From a bacterium (GTDB lineage Bacteria; Fidelibacterota; Marinisomatia; Marinisomatales; UBA1611): 26,291 bases of DNA. The stretch is taken from assembly GCA_038127595.1 (NCBI GenBank), contig JAYPIC010000020.1:1-26291 (forward strand), written 5' to 3'. A program made the translations under genes and the position numbers. Below the pieces are notes generated by a model. That model saw only the letters and a program-made list of their open reading frames with translations, ran no database searches and was not told the DNA's origin. Positions 8,693-18,460 of this stretch are shown here, one piece after another (the first letter of the stretch is position 1; each line of letters opens with the position of its first letter).

Positions 8693-11600
8693 ATGTTAAA
8701 ACAATTCATAATAATTTTTACAGTTTTTCTTTTTAGCAGTTCTGAAGCTAAGCAGTGGATTGAAGTAAATTCTTCTGATGTCAAAAAGTCTAGTTTTACC
8801 TATCAGTCGAATGGTTTATCATCGACTGAAATTTCATTTGAACTTTCTGGATATTTTCTTGAAACATCAAAAAATGGTGTGATGATTACAGCACCTGGCG
8901 GTGTATCTATGTTAAAAGAAGGAGCACCAGATCTTCCTGTTTTTACAACCTCTATTCAAATTCCTGATTTGGCTAAAATGCAGCTAGAAGTCATTTCATC
9001 AGAATACATAGATGTGAGAGTTGAAAGTGTAATTCCATCTAGGGGCAATATAACAAGAGACATAAATATTAATTTAGTTCCCTTCAAGAAAGGTTTGACT
9101 TATGATAAAAATTCGTTTTATCCAGATAATATAGCCTTTCTAAGAAGTCCTTACATTATAAGGACAAAACGCGGGCAAACAGTTGTTTTTCAGCCATTTC
9201 AATATAATCCCATAGATGGCATACTTAGAGTTCACACTAATATAACTATTTCGGTCAAAGCTGATGGAATAAGCACTGATAATCCTTTAGTAAGGCTCCC
9301 CTCAAAAAATAGAGGTATGAGAGAAATGGAAGAAATTTATAGCAGGCATTTTTTAAATAACGTGCCAACTAATGACCGTTATACGCCTTTAGATGAAAAT
9401 GGTGCTATGTTAATAATTTGCTATGGTCCATTTATCGACGCGATGCAACCTTTTATTGATTGGAAGATCAAGAAAGGTATGCATGTGGAATTATTTAATG
9501 TAGATGACATTGGAGATGCAGCTGATATAAAAACTTTCGTTGAAGACTATTATTATGCCAATGGCATTAATTTCTTACTTTTAGTTGGAGATATCGCTCA
9601 AGTTCCATCTCCACGTTTTTCTGAAGGAGCAGGGTCAAATAGTCCTTCAGATACGTATTATGGCTTCATTCCAAGCCAAGATTATTATCCAGATGTGTTT
9701 GTTGGAAGATTTTCAGCTGAAACAGTAAGTCATGTTAACACGATGGTCAATAGAACTATTTCTTATGAACGATATCCAGATATCGATGACGGATCATGGT
9801 ACATTGAGGGAGCTGGGTTTGCTTCTAATGAGGGTCCTGGTGATGATGGTGAATATGATAATGAACATATGGATATAATTAGACAAAAATTGCTTAATTA
9901 TAATTATGTTGATATTGAACAAGTTTACGATCCTAATGGGACAGTAGCTGAGGGCGAAGTTGCAATAAATAATGGATTATCTATAATTAATTACACCGGC
10001 CATGGATCTAATGGTTCTTGGGGCAATGGTTGTCCAATGAATAATACAAACGTGAATAGCCTAACCAATACAGGTATGTGGCCTTGGATATGGTCTGTAG
10101 CATGTGTCAATGGAGAATTCCATATAGGGACTTGTTTTGCTGAGACCTGGTTAAGAGCAACTGATTCTAATGGCCAACCCACAGGCGCTATAGCAACATT
10201 AATGTCCTCAGTAAATCAAGCTTGGAACCCCCCAATGGATGGGCAGGATGAAATGGTAGATATATTTGTTGAGTCCTATGAAAACAATATCAAAAGAACT
10301 TTCGGAGGTTTATCCTACAATGGTTGTATGGAAATGAACGATAATTATGGTAGTCAAGGTGATTTAGAAACTCTGTATTGGAATACATTTGGAGATCCAT
10401 CTTTTGAAGTTAGGTCAAACTATCCTCAGCCTCTAGATGCCTCACATAGTAATGTTATCATTCTTGGTAGCTCGGAGTTAGTCATACAGACAAATAGTAG
10501 TGAAGCTGTTGCTGCATTGACTAAAAATGGTATTATACTTGGTGTTGCTTCTGCTAATGAAAATGGAATTTGTCAAATAAATTTGGAGGAGCCTTCTATC
10601 GTCCCTGGCTCTATAGATTTAGTCATTACTTCATACAACAGTATACCCTATGAAACAGAAATAAATGTAATAGCACCTGATGGTTCCTACATGCTTTTAG
10701 ATGATTTTTCGATCTCAAATAATAATGATGAGGCAGTGAATTTTTCTGATCAAGTGTCCTTATCAGTAATGATCGAAAATGTTGGTACTGAAACTTCTGG
10801 CTTCATCACAACAACATTGATAAACCAAACCGATAATGCAATAGTATTAACCCCATCAATTACCATTGATTCTGTATTATCTAATCAAGTGCTTGAAACT
10901 GGACCATTTGAATTTGAAGTTTCATCTAATGTTTCTAATCAAGAGAATGTTGAATTTAAATTATTAATTGAAGAAAATGAGAACTCTTGGGAGTATCCGA
11001 TCTCACTTACAGCAAACGCGCCAGAGTATAATATGGTATCATCTTCAATTTTTGATGGAGAAAACGGCTCTTTAGATCCTGGAGAAAACGTTTCAATGCA
11101 AATGGTTATTGAAAATACTGGTAGCGCTGCTTTACACTATCCAACTTTTGAGGTTTATGAAAATGATGACTATATATCTCTAGAGTATGTTTCATCGGAT
11201 AATGCTTATTACTGGGATGTAGGCTTGTCAGTTATGATCAATGTTAATGTGAGTGTTTCTGAAGATACTCCTGTAGGCCACTCTTCCATTGCTTGGCTTG
11301 ATATTGGTAGCTTGAATTCTGATTATGAATCTTTAATGTCGATACCGCTTAACATTGGTATGTTAATGGATAATTTTGAATCTGAAGGTTTTTCAACCCA
11401 TGACTGGCGGTTTGCTGGGCAAAATGAATGGTTTATTCAAGGGCAAGAGGTCTTTGATGGTGATTTTTCAATAAGGAGCGGAGCAATAGGGAACAATCAA
11501 ACTTCTGAGATCTCAGTTGAATATAATGTCTTGAATCAAGGGAATATTAATTTTTTCGCTAAAGCCTCCAGCGAGCAAGGTAATTCTGGCACTATTTATG

Positions 11601-11989
11601 ATTATCTATCTTTTTATATTGATAATGAGCAGATGGTGGTTATAGGTGGAGAAAGTGATTGGGATGAGTATTCTTTTATGGTTACACCTGGGTTGCACAC
11701 GTTTAGATGGGTTTACGAGAAAGACAATGCAGGTTCTTCTGGGCAGGATTGTGCCTGGTTAGATAATATTATTTTCCCTCCCGGTTCAATTCCACCCTTA
11801 AACATTGATTTTGGTGATTTGAATGAAGATGATAATATTAATGTATTAGATGTAGTTCTTACAGTTTCCTCCGTGCTTGGCTATGGAGATTTAACTTCAG
11901 ATCAAACGCTAGCCGCTGACATTAATATGGATGGAGTAGTGAATATCATTGATGTAACAATGATTATTGATATGCTTTTTGCTGATTAA
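8693..11989 (+). CDS. Secreted C25 (gingipain-like) cysteine peptidase with propeptide, beta-rich C-terminal domains and terminal dockerin-like repeat
   Basis: Signal peptide, propeptide (GAPDLP, RGQTVVFQPFQYNP), FLLLVGD, DVFVGRFSA, catalytic NYTGHG (His437) and VACVNG (Cys471). Two C-terminal DxNxDxxxNxxD repeats. Confidence 0.92.
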   Translation: MLKQFIIIFTVFLFSSSEAKQWIEVNSSDVKKSSFTYQSNGLSSTEISFELSGYFLETSKNGVMITAPGGVSMLKEGAPDLPVFTTSIQIPDLAKMQLEVISSEYIDVRVESVIPSRGNITRDININLVPFKKGLTYDKNSFYPDNIAFLRSPYIIRTKRGQTVVFQPFQYNPIDGILRVHTNITISVKADGISTDNPLVRLPSKNRGMREMEEIYSRHFLNNVPTNDRYTPLDENGAMLIICYGPFIDAMQPFIDWKIKKGMHVELFNVDDIGDAADIKTFVEDYYYANGINFLLLVGDIAQVPSPRFSEGAGSNSPSDTYYGFIPSQDYYPDVFVGRFSAETVSHVNTMVNRTISYERYPDIDDGSWYIEGAGFASNEGPGDDGEYDNEHMDIIRQKLLNYNYVDIEQVYDPNGTVAEGEVAINNGLSIINYTGHGSNGSWGNGCPMNNTNVNSLTNTGMWPWIWSVACVNGEFHIGTCFAETWLRATDSNGQPTGAIATLMSSVNQAWNPPMDGQDEMVDIFVESYENNIKRTFGGLSYNGCMEMNDNYGSQGDLETLYWNTFGDPSFEVRSNYPQPLDASHSNVIILGSSELVIQTNSSEAVAALTKNGIILGVASANENGICQINLEEPSIVPGSIDLVITSYNSIPYETEINVIAPDGSYMLLDDFSISNNNDEAVNFSDQVSLSVMIENVGTETSGFITTTLINQTDNAIVLTPSITIDSVLSNQVLETGPFEFEVSSNVSNQENVEFKLLIEENENSWEYPISLTANAPEYNMVSSSIFDGENGSLDPGENVSMQMVIENTGSAALHYPTFEVYENDDYISLEYVSSDNAYYWDVGLSVMINVNVSVSEDTPVGHSSIAWLDIGSLNSDYESLMSIPLNIGMLMDNFESEGFSTHDWRFAGQNEWFIQGQEVFDGDFSIRSGAIGNNQTSEISVEYNVLNQGNINFFAKASSEQGNSGTIYDYLSFYIDNEQMVVIGGESDWDEYSFMVTPGLHTFRWVYEKDNAGSSGQDCAWLDNIIFPPGSIPPLNIDFGDLNEDDNINVLDVVLTVSSVLGYGDLTSDQTLAADINMDGVVNIIDVTMIIDMLFAD
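11813..11986 (+). other. Dockerin-like duplicated Ca2+-binding module at the protease C-terminus
   Basis: GDLNEDDNINVLDVV ... ADINMDGVVNIIDVT, two EF-hand-like loops each followed by a helix. Confidence 0.82.
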
Positions 11990-12046
11990 GCGTCATATCA
12001 AAAAATATAATAATTCCTAAGGTAGAATGGTCCAACTAGCATCCCC

Positions 12047-14245
12047 ATGAAGATCTTTTCTTTAATTTTAGATCATCCCAAAAAAACAGTACTTTCTATA
12101 TGTATCATAACAAGTTTGTTTTGCATATCTATTTTTGATTTATCATATGATTTTACTATCGAACAGCTATTTGCCAAAGATAAGCAAGAAACTGAGCAGT
12201 ACTTTGATTTTCAAAATGAATTTTCTAGAGAAGATAATGTATTTTTGCTAGTTCATGAGAACCCAGCTTTAATAAATAATCAATTTTTAGATTCTTTATC
12301 AGTACTTGTTAGGCAGATGAAGGTGAGTAACTTTTTCATCGATTTAGTATCTTTAGCCGACATTAAAAAAGGCGGGGAAAATAGATCAAATGATTCAGGG
12401 TTTGATCATATTTCATCTAGGTTATTAAATATGTTTTCTAAAGATTCCCTTCATGGAGCTATTTGGCTTACGTTAAAAGATGAATACAATACATTTGGTA
12501 AGCGTGCTGATGTAATTAAATTTTTGAAAAATACTACTGCTGAATATAATTGGGGTTGGACATTTTCTGGTTTGCCTGTAGTGAGGAACACATATGTAGA
12601 TTACATGATACAGGATAATATAAAATTTATTCCACCAGTAGCTTTTATACTAATTATCTCGCTCGCACTATTATTTCGTAGTTGGGTATTTGTGGTTTTG
12701 CCTTTGGTCACTGTATTAATCACAGCGATATGGATACTTGGAATGATGTCAATATCAGGCAAAGGATTAAACGTAATGACGTATATGGTGCCAACCTTAC
12801 TTTTCATTATAGGAGTTAGCGATTCTATTCATTTTCTTTCAAGGCTAAATATATACCTAGATAAAGACATTGATATAAAAGAAGCCCTTAAGCTTTCAAT
12901 GAACGACATGGGGATAGCATTATTTTTAACTAGTCTTACTACTGCAATAGGTTTTTTAGCGCTACTGTATTCATCTATTGCTATTGTTCAAGAGTTTGGT
13001 GTATTTATAGCTAGTGGAGTCTTCATTGCCTATGTATTGACTTTGACATTCATACCGAGTATGATAATGATATTGCAGAGCTCTTTGACTAGTAATGCAA
13101 ACAAAAAAGAAATTAGTAGAATCAAACTTCTTAAAGGCTTTTCAAAATTGGTCAAAAGAAAACCCAAACAAGTAATTTTCGTATCTATACTACTTACCTT
13201 AATATTTTTAGCAGGTGCATCAAAAGTTGCTACTGGCAGTTCATTACTATCTGACCTTCACCCTAGAAGCTCATTATATATAGATTTAAAAAATGTAGAG
13301 CATTGGTTTGGTGGAATATTACCAATGGAGATAATTATTGAAAAAGATGATAACATCGATCTGCCTATGCATAATAAAGTAATTATGGGTCATGTTAAAG
13401 ATTTTCAGAATCAATTAAATAATATGTTTCCAGAATCAAATTGGATATCTATTCAACGAGTTTTAGAGGAGGTTTTATACGAAATTGACCCTAATGAGAA
13501 ATTCCCTCCTGATCAAGAAACATTAGATCAGATAAACATGCTAACTCAAGATCAAACACAGACTCTTATAAATTTTGATGAAGATAAAATTAGAATTTCT
13601 GGAATGTTGCCTGACCTTTCATCTGATGAATTAGATGAGGCCAGAGATTCAATTATATTATATGCAAAACAGAATTTTCCAGATTGGTTATCTGTCGTAG
13701 TTACAGGCACAATGCCGGTAGCTTTAAATACAAATGATTATCTTATTGTAGACCTTTTTAGTGGATTTGGTTTGGCATTCATTTTTATTAGTATAATTAT
13801 GGGTTTATTATTTTTATCTGTCCGGATAGGATTGATAAGTATGCTTCCAAACTTAATTCCCATAGTATTTGCAGCTGGTTATCTTGGGTTCATGGGTATA
13901 CCTATACGGCCTCCAATTGCAATAACATTTTCTATTTGCTTAGGTATAGCAGTGGATGATTCGCTACATTTTTTATTTAGGTTTTGGCAAGAAAAGAAAA
14001 AAAATTCAAATATGGAGATAGCGATATCTAACACGATCGAGACAACTGGATTAGCTATGCTAACTTCCACAATAGTATTGGTTTCTGGCTTTATGGTTAT
14101 TACAGTTTCTAATTTTATTCCCACATCCCAATTTGGAATTATTTCAGCTATAACATTAACTGTGGCATTTATTACTGATGTCACTTTGCTTCCAGCGTTG
14201 TTATATATTTTCCCTTTCAAAAGGTCAAAAATAAAAAATGATTAA
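12047..14245 (+). CDS. MMPL/RND-family membrane transporter (probable lipid exporter)
   Basis: 732 aa with two repeats of 1 TM + soluble domain + 5 TM. TM4/TM10 motifs IGVSDSIH and GIAVDDSLH; LTSLTTAIGF. Confidence 0.9.
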   Translation: MKIFSLILDHPKKTVLSICIITSLFCISIFDLSYDFTIEQLFAKDKQETEQYFDFQNEFSREDNVFLLVHENPALINNQFLDSLSVLVRQMKVSNFFIDLVSLADIKKGGENRSNDSGFDHISSRLLNMFSKDSLHGAIWLTLKDEYNTFGKRADVIKFLKNTTAEYNWGWTFSGLPVVRNTYVDYMIQDNIKFIPPVAFILIISLALLFRSWVFVVLPLVTVLITAIWILGMMSISGKGLNVMTYMVPTLLFIIGVSDSIHFLSRLNIYLDKDIDIKEALKLSMNDMGIALFLTSLTTAIGFLALLYSSIAIVQEFGVFIASGVFIAYVLTLTFIPSMIMILQSSLTSNANKKEISRIKLLKGFSKLVKRKPKQVIFVSILLTLIFLAGASKVATGSSLLSDLHPRSSLYIDLKNVEHWFGGILPMEIIIEKDDNIDLPMHNKVIMGHVKDFQNQLNNMFPESNWISIQRVLEEVLYEIDPNEKFPPDQETLDQINMLTQDQTQTLINFDEDKIRISGMLPDLSSDELDEARDSIILYAKQNFPDWLSVVVTGTMPVALNTNDYLIVDLFSGFGLAFIFISIIMGLLFLSVRIGLISMLPNLIPIVFAAGYLGFMGIPIRPPIAITFSICLGIAVDDSLHFLFRFWQEKKKNSNMEIAISNTIETTGLAMLTSTIVLVSGFMVITVSNFIPTSQFGIISAITLTVAFITDVTLLPALLYIFPFKRSKIKND

Positions 14246-15230
14246 TTGGTTTAAAGGATTACAACACCCTGAAGCTTTTCACGGAAAAGAATCAAGGTCT
14301 CCTTATTTTGAAGGGTGGTATCATAAGCTGGTTTCCAAGACAAAAAGGTCAATCGTTATCATTCCTGGCATGTATAGAAGTGGAGAAGATAAAAATGAAT
14401 TTGCATTTATCATGATCTTTGATGGTAATAGTGGTGACGTTCATTTTGAAAGATTTTCAATCGATAATTTTGTATCTAAAACGGCTGCGTATGATACAGG
14501 GATTGGGAAAAATCATTTTTCTAAAGATAAGATCATTTTAGATATAAGATCTGAAAGTTTTAGTATAAGAGGTTCTGTTAATTTTAGCAGCACAACACCT
14601 TGGCCAGTAACTTTCTCAGAACCGGGCTGTATGGGGTGGTATAGCTATTTGCCAATAATGGAGTGCTATCATGGCATTCTTAGTATGAATCATAGCCTTT
14701 CCGGCGAATTAAGTATGAATGGGGAAAATTTAAATTTTGACGCTGGTGTTGGATACATAGAAAAAGATTGGGGAAGGAATTTTCCTCAAAGCTGGATATG
14801 GGCTCAAGCAAATCATTTTAAAAAGGAAAACGTCAGTTTGTCCGCTTCTATTGCGAAAATACCTTTACTTGGAACTCGTTTTGCTGGATTCATAGTTGGT
14901 CTGTTAATTAACAATAAATTATATAGGTTTACTACCTATAGATCTGCTAAGATCATAAAAATAAAAAAGAACTCAGATAAGATTGAATGGGTTTTAAAAC
15001 AAAGAGACTTGACTTTAAGTATATCTATTTTAATTGGTAAAAAATCTGGTATGCTCTATGCGCCTGACAAGTATGACATGGTGCAAAAAGTAGAAGAGCA
15101 TTTAGACTCATCAATTAAGATTAAACTTCAGAAGCATCAAGAAATAATATTAGAAGACCAATCTGATCATGCAGCAACTGAAGTTGTAGGCGATATAGAA
15201 TCATTGCTTGAATTGGCTAATAGTGCCTAA
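14238..15230 (+). CDS. Tocopherol cyclase family protein
   Basis: YFEGWYHK, MGWYSYLPIMECYHGILSM and GYIEKDWGRNFPQSWIWAQ resemble the tocopherol cyclase (VTE1) family signature. 8 bp overlap with the MMPL gene. Confidence 0.8.
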   Translation: MINWFKGLQHPEAFHGKESRSPYFEGWYHKLVSKTKRSIVIIPGMYRSGEDKNEFAFIMIFDGNSGDVHFERFSIDNFVSKTAAYDTGIGKNHFSKDKIILDIRSESFSIRGSVNFSSTTPWPVTFSEPGCMGWYSYLPIMECYHGILSMNHSLSGELSMNGENLNFDAGVGYIEKDWGRNFPQSWIWAQANHFKKENVSLSASIAKIPLLGTRFAGFIVGLLINNKLYRFTTYRSAKIIKIKKNSDKIEWVLKQRDLTLSISILIGKKSGMLYAPDKYDMVQKVEEHLDSSIKIKLQKHQEIILEDQSDHAATEVVGDIESLLELANSA

Positions 15231-15242
15231 TATGAAACAATT

Positions 15243-15842
15243 ATGAATAAATCCTTGATAATTTTTTTGATAACTTTAATAGCCGCTATAGGATTTAATA
15301 TGGCGTGGGGATTATCAAATACTATGTTAGAAACACCAGAATATGAACTGATTAAAAAAAGCGGTTCATTTGAAATAAGAAAATATGCGCCAATGGTAGT
15401 TGCTAGAACTCAAGTAAGTTCTGATTACAGTGAGGCAACTAGTAGAGGATTTAGAAGAATTGCGAATTATATTTTTGGTGGTAATGATGCTAGCATTGAA
15501 ATTGCAATGACAGCCCCAGTAATTACTGGTAGTCCAGTAGATGCAAATGGCAATTATGAAATAGCATTTATGATGCCTAAAGCTTACGATAAGGCAAAGC
15601 TTCCGAAGCCGAACAGTTCTAATGTAGAGATAGCTGATCGAGAGCTTGATAGTGTCGCTACAATTTCATTTGGAGGCTGGGCGACAGCAAGTAGGGTTAA
15701 GAAATTCCAAAAAGAACTAGATAGCTGGATATCTCAGCAAGGTCTAAAAAAAATTGGAAATTTTATGGTTGCTCAATACAACTCTCCTTGGGCTTTACCT
15801 CCGTTCAGACATAATGAGATTATGGTCAGAATCTCTAGATGA
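15243..15842 (+). CDS. SOUL family heme-binding protein, N-terminal signal/anchor
   Basis: ETPEY, FEIRKY, GFRRIANYIFGGN, IAMTAPV and AQYNSPW...RHNEI. Confidence 0.9.
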   Translation: MNKSLIIFLITLIAAIGFNMAWGLSNTMLETPEYELIKKSGSFEIRKYAPMVVARTQVSSDYSEATSRGFRRIANYIFGGNDASIEIAMTAPVITGSPVDANGNYEIAFMMPKAYDKAKLPKPNSSNVEIADRELDSVATISFGGWATASRVKKFQKELDSWISQQGLKKIGNFMVAQYNSPWALPPFRHNEIMVRISR

Positions 15843-16669
15843 ATAGAGAGTTAATTCAAATCATTGAAGGCTTAGAGACCTCAGATGGTGCTGGTGTTAA
15901 ATTAAGAAGAATCATTGGAGGTCCAGATTTAAATATGCTCGACCCATTTTTACTTTTTGACGAATTTGGTAGCGATGACCCTAATGACTATATAGGTGGG
16001 TTCCCTCCTCATCCTCATCGAGGTTTCGAAACGATTACTTACATGTTGAATGGTAAGTTCAAACACAAAGACTCTGCTGGCAATGAAGGGTATTTATCTG
16101 ATGGATCTGTGCAGTGGATGACCGCTGGAAAGGGCGTGATACATAGTGAAATGCCAGAGCAGACAAATGGTTTATCTAGAGGGTTTCAGCTTTGGTTGAA
16201 TCTCCCAAAAAAATTAAAAATGATTGAGCCTTCTTATAATGACATACCAGCTGAATCCATACCTAAAGTCAATATTCCTGGCGGCTGTATAAAAGTAATT
16301 TGTGGCGAAATTAATGGAATGAAAGGACCTGGGCGAGCGCACACAGGAATGCTGTATTACGATATTTCGCTCTCTCCGGGAAATAATATAGAAATATCTG
16401 TGGATGATGATTGGAATAGTTTTGTTTATGTCTACAATGGTAAAGCTAAAATAGCCAATAAGAGTTTAAATAGTGGTCAACTAGGAGTATTGAGTGATAG
16501 TGGGATAGTAGATTTGCATGCCGATGGTTCAAGTGATTTAAAGTGTATTATCGTTGGGGGAGAAAAATTAAATGAGCCAGTTGTTAGGGGTGGCCCATTT
16601 GTAATGAATACTAAAGCAGAAATTTTAAAGGCATTTAGTGATTATCAGGAAGGCATATTGACCAAATAG
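15839..16669 (+). CDS. Pirin family protein (bicupin)
   Basis: LDPFLLFD, GFPPHPHRGFETITY, VQWMTAGKGVIHSE, FQLWLNLP and GPFVMNT. ATGA overlap with SOUL. Confidence 0.95.
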   Translation: MNRELIQIIEGLETSDGAGVKLRRIIGGPDLNMLDPFLLFDEFGSDDPNDYIGGFPPHPHRGFETITYMLNGKFKHKDSAGNEGYLSDGSVQWMTAGKGVIHSEMPEQTNGLSRGFQLWLNLPKKLKMIEPSYNDIPAESIPKVNIPGGCIKVICGEINGMKGPGRAHTGMLYYDISLSPGNNIEISVDDDWNSFVYVYNGKAKIANKSLNSGQLGVLSDSGIVDLHADGSSDLKCIIVGGEKLNEPVVRGGPFVMNTKAEILKAFSDYQEGILTK

Positions 16670-16680
16670 AGGGAAGAAAA

Positions 16681-17343
16681 ATGAGATTAAGTATTATCAA
16701 CATCACTATTATAGGATTACTACTTATTACGGGGTGTTCAACCAAAGATAAAAATAGTAGCAAAGAGGTTAAAGTATTAAGCGTAAAAGAAACTAAACTA
16801 AATGCAGGCATATACAATGTGTTAGAAGGCAGCAGCCAAGTATTATGGGAATGTGAGTGGTTAGGAGGTGCTAGGCATGATGGTAGTGTTCAATTAGTCA
16901 GTGGATCTATTGATATTTCTTCATCTTCTGATGTTAATGGCAAATTTATAGTAGATCTAAACTCAATGAAGTGCTTTGATCTTAAAAATGAAGGCACAAA
17001 TAAGAAATTAATTGGGCATTTAAAGAGCGATGATTTTTTTGATGTGACAAACTACCCTAATGCAGTTTTAGAATTAGTTTCTGGAAAAAATATTAGTGGC
17101 AATGAATTTAAATTTAATGGAAATCTAACAATAAAAGGACGGACTCACCCCATAATCTTTAAGGGAACTGTAACTGAAAATAACTTATCTTATGATGCTG
17201 ACCTAAAATTAATTTTTGATCGTTCAAAATATGATGTGAGATACAGGTCTGCTAGTTTGTTTTCAGATCTTGGAGACAGAATAATAGCAGATGATGTAAA
17301 ATTGACTGTAAAAGCAAAGTTTAAGCGGGATAGTAAAATCTGA
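16681..17343 (+). CDS. YceI family polyisoprenoid/lipid-binding lipoprotein
   Basis: Lipobox-like LITGC. HLKSDDFFDVTNYP, GNLTIKG and DRSKYDVRY. Confidence 0.85.
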   Translation: MRLSIINITIIGLLLITGCSTKDKNSSKEVKVLSVKETKLNAGIYNVLEGSSQVLWECEWLGGARHDGSVQLVSGSIDISSSSDVNGKFIVDLNSMKCFDLKNEGTNKKLIGHLKSDDFFDVTNYPNAVLELVSGKNISGNEFKFNGNLTIKGRTHPIIFKGTVTENNLSYDADLKLIFDRSKYDVRYRSASLFSDLGDRIIADDVKLTVKAKFKRDSKI

Positions 17344-17351
17344 TTAATATT

Positions 17352-17882
17352 ATGAATGATAAAATAAAAATGATTATTAACATTGTTGGATTTTACATAG
17401 GCTGGTGGGGATGTATATTGGGTTCATCAAATGGCCTGCCTTACATTGGGCCAATATTAATGTTATTATTTATCATATTCCATGGTGCTTTTTTTGTAAA
17501 AGATTATAAAGAAATACAGTTCATTGTAGTCATAGGTATCATAGGCACAATTGTTGATAGTGGGTTAGTATTATCAAAATATTTTGTTTATGCTGGTTCT
17601 TATTCAGAGAATCTTTCTATTGCGCCATTATGGATAACCGCAATGTGGGCAGGTTTCGCAGCTACGGTTAATCACTCAATGTTATTTTTTCAAAAAAAAT
17701 GGGCTTTAATGATTATTGCGGGTGGTGTCTTTGGGCCTGCTGCTTATTTTACAGGAAGAGGCTTTGAAGCAATATATTTTGAGTTAGGATCTCTATCCTC
17801 TGCATTAATCATTGGAGTTGTATGGGCAATTTCAATGCCGATGGTTTTTTATATTAATGAAAAAATAGTTTTAGGCAAATAG
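17352..17882 (+). CDS. DUF2878-like integral membrane protein
   Basis: N...FYIGWWGC, G..VDS, PLWITAMWAGFA and GGVFGPAAY..G. This family normally sits beside cfa/DUF1365 clusters. Confidence 0.75.
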   Translation: MNDKIKMIINIVGFYIGWWGCILGSSNGLPYIGPILMLLFIIFHGAFFVKDYKEIQFIVVIGIIGTIVDSGLVLSKYFVYAGSYSENLSIAPLWITAMWAGFAATVNHSMLFFQKKWALMIIAGGVFGPAAYFTGRGFEAIYFELGSLSSALIIGVVWAISMPMVFYINEKIVLGK

Positions 17883-17886
17883 CGTT

Positions 17887-18429
17887 ATGAAAAAGCATTT
17901 ATTTCTTTCTTTTTTATTTTTTTTAATTTGCTTTAGTTGTGAGGAAAGTATGGGAGAAAAAGAGTTTGGGGAGTTAAAGACGGTTGATTATGTAGATCTA
18001 GAACGATTTATGGGTGATTGGTATGTAATCGCCAATATACCAACATTCATAGAGAAAGGCGCAGTGAATGCTGTGGAATCATATGAGCTAGGTTCAGAAG
18101 GGAGAATTAATACCACATTTACTTTTAGAAAAGGATCAAGCACGGGCCCTGAGAAAAAGTATAACCCAACGGGCTTTATCTATAATACTAAGACAAACGC
18201 TGAGTGGCGCATGCAGTTTCTCTGGCCATTCAAGGCCCCTTTTTTAATTATCGATCTAGATGATGATTACAGTTATACTGTAATTGGGATACCTAGCAGG
18301 AAATATGTTTGGATAATGGCTCGAGATCATGTTTTAGATCAAAACATTTATGATGCAATAATATCTAAACTTGAAAAAGTTGGTTATGATATAACTCAAA
18401 TTCAAAAGATTGAGCACAACTGGGAATAA
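17887..18429 (+). CDS. blc: Bacterial lipocalin (Blc-like), probable lipoprotein
   Basis: VDLERFMGDWYVIA (lipocalin GxW motif), QFLWPFKA, LDDDY and YVWIMAR. Hydrophobic leader ending FSC. Confidence 0.88.
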   Translation: MKKHLFLSFLFFLICFSCEESMGEKEFGELKTVDYVDLERFMGDWYVIANIPTFIEKGAVNAVESYELGSEGRINTTFTFRKGSSTGPEKKYNPTGFIYNTKTNAEWRMQFLWPFKAPFLIIDLDDDYSYTVIGIPSRKYVWIMARDHVLDQNIYDAIISKLEKVGYDITQIQKIEHNWE

Positions 18430-18460
18430 AATTCCGCATTAGATATATAGCTTTTATAAA

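Noticed and set aside
11990..12046. Promoter or terminator between the protease and MMPL genes (TATAAT at 12006-12011)
   Set aside because: No convincing -35 or extended -10, and no hairpin with a U-tract. TATAAT is common by chance in AT-rich DNA, although a promoter here remains plausible.
14238..15230. Claim that the organism makes vitamin E
   Set aside because: No HPPD or homogentisate prenyltransferase gene is in the window, and family membership alone does not establish the product.
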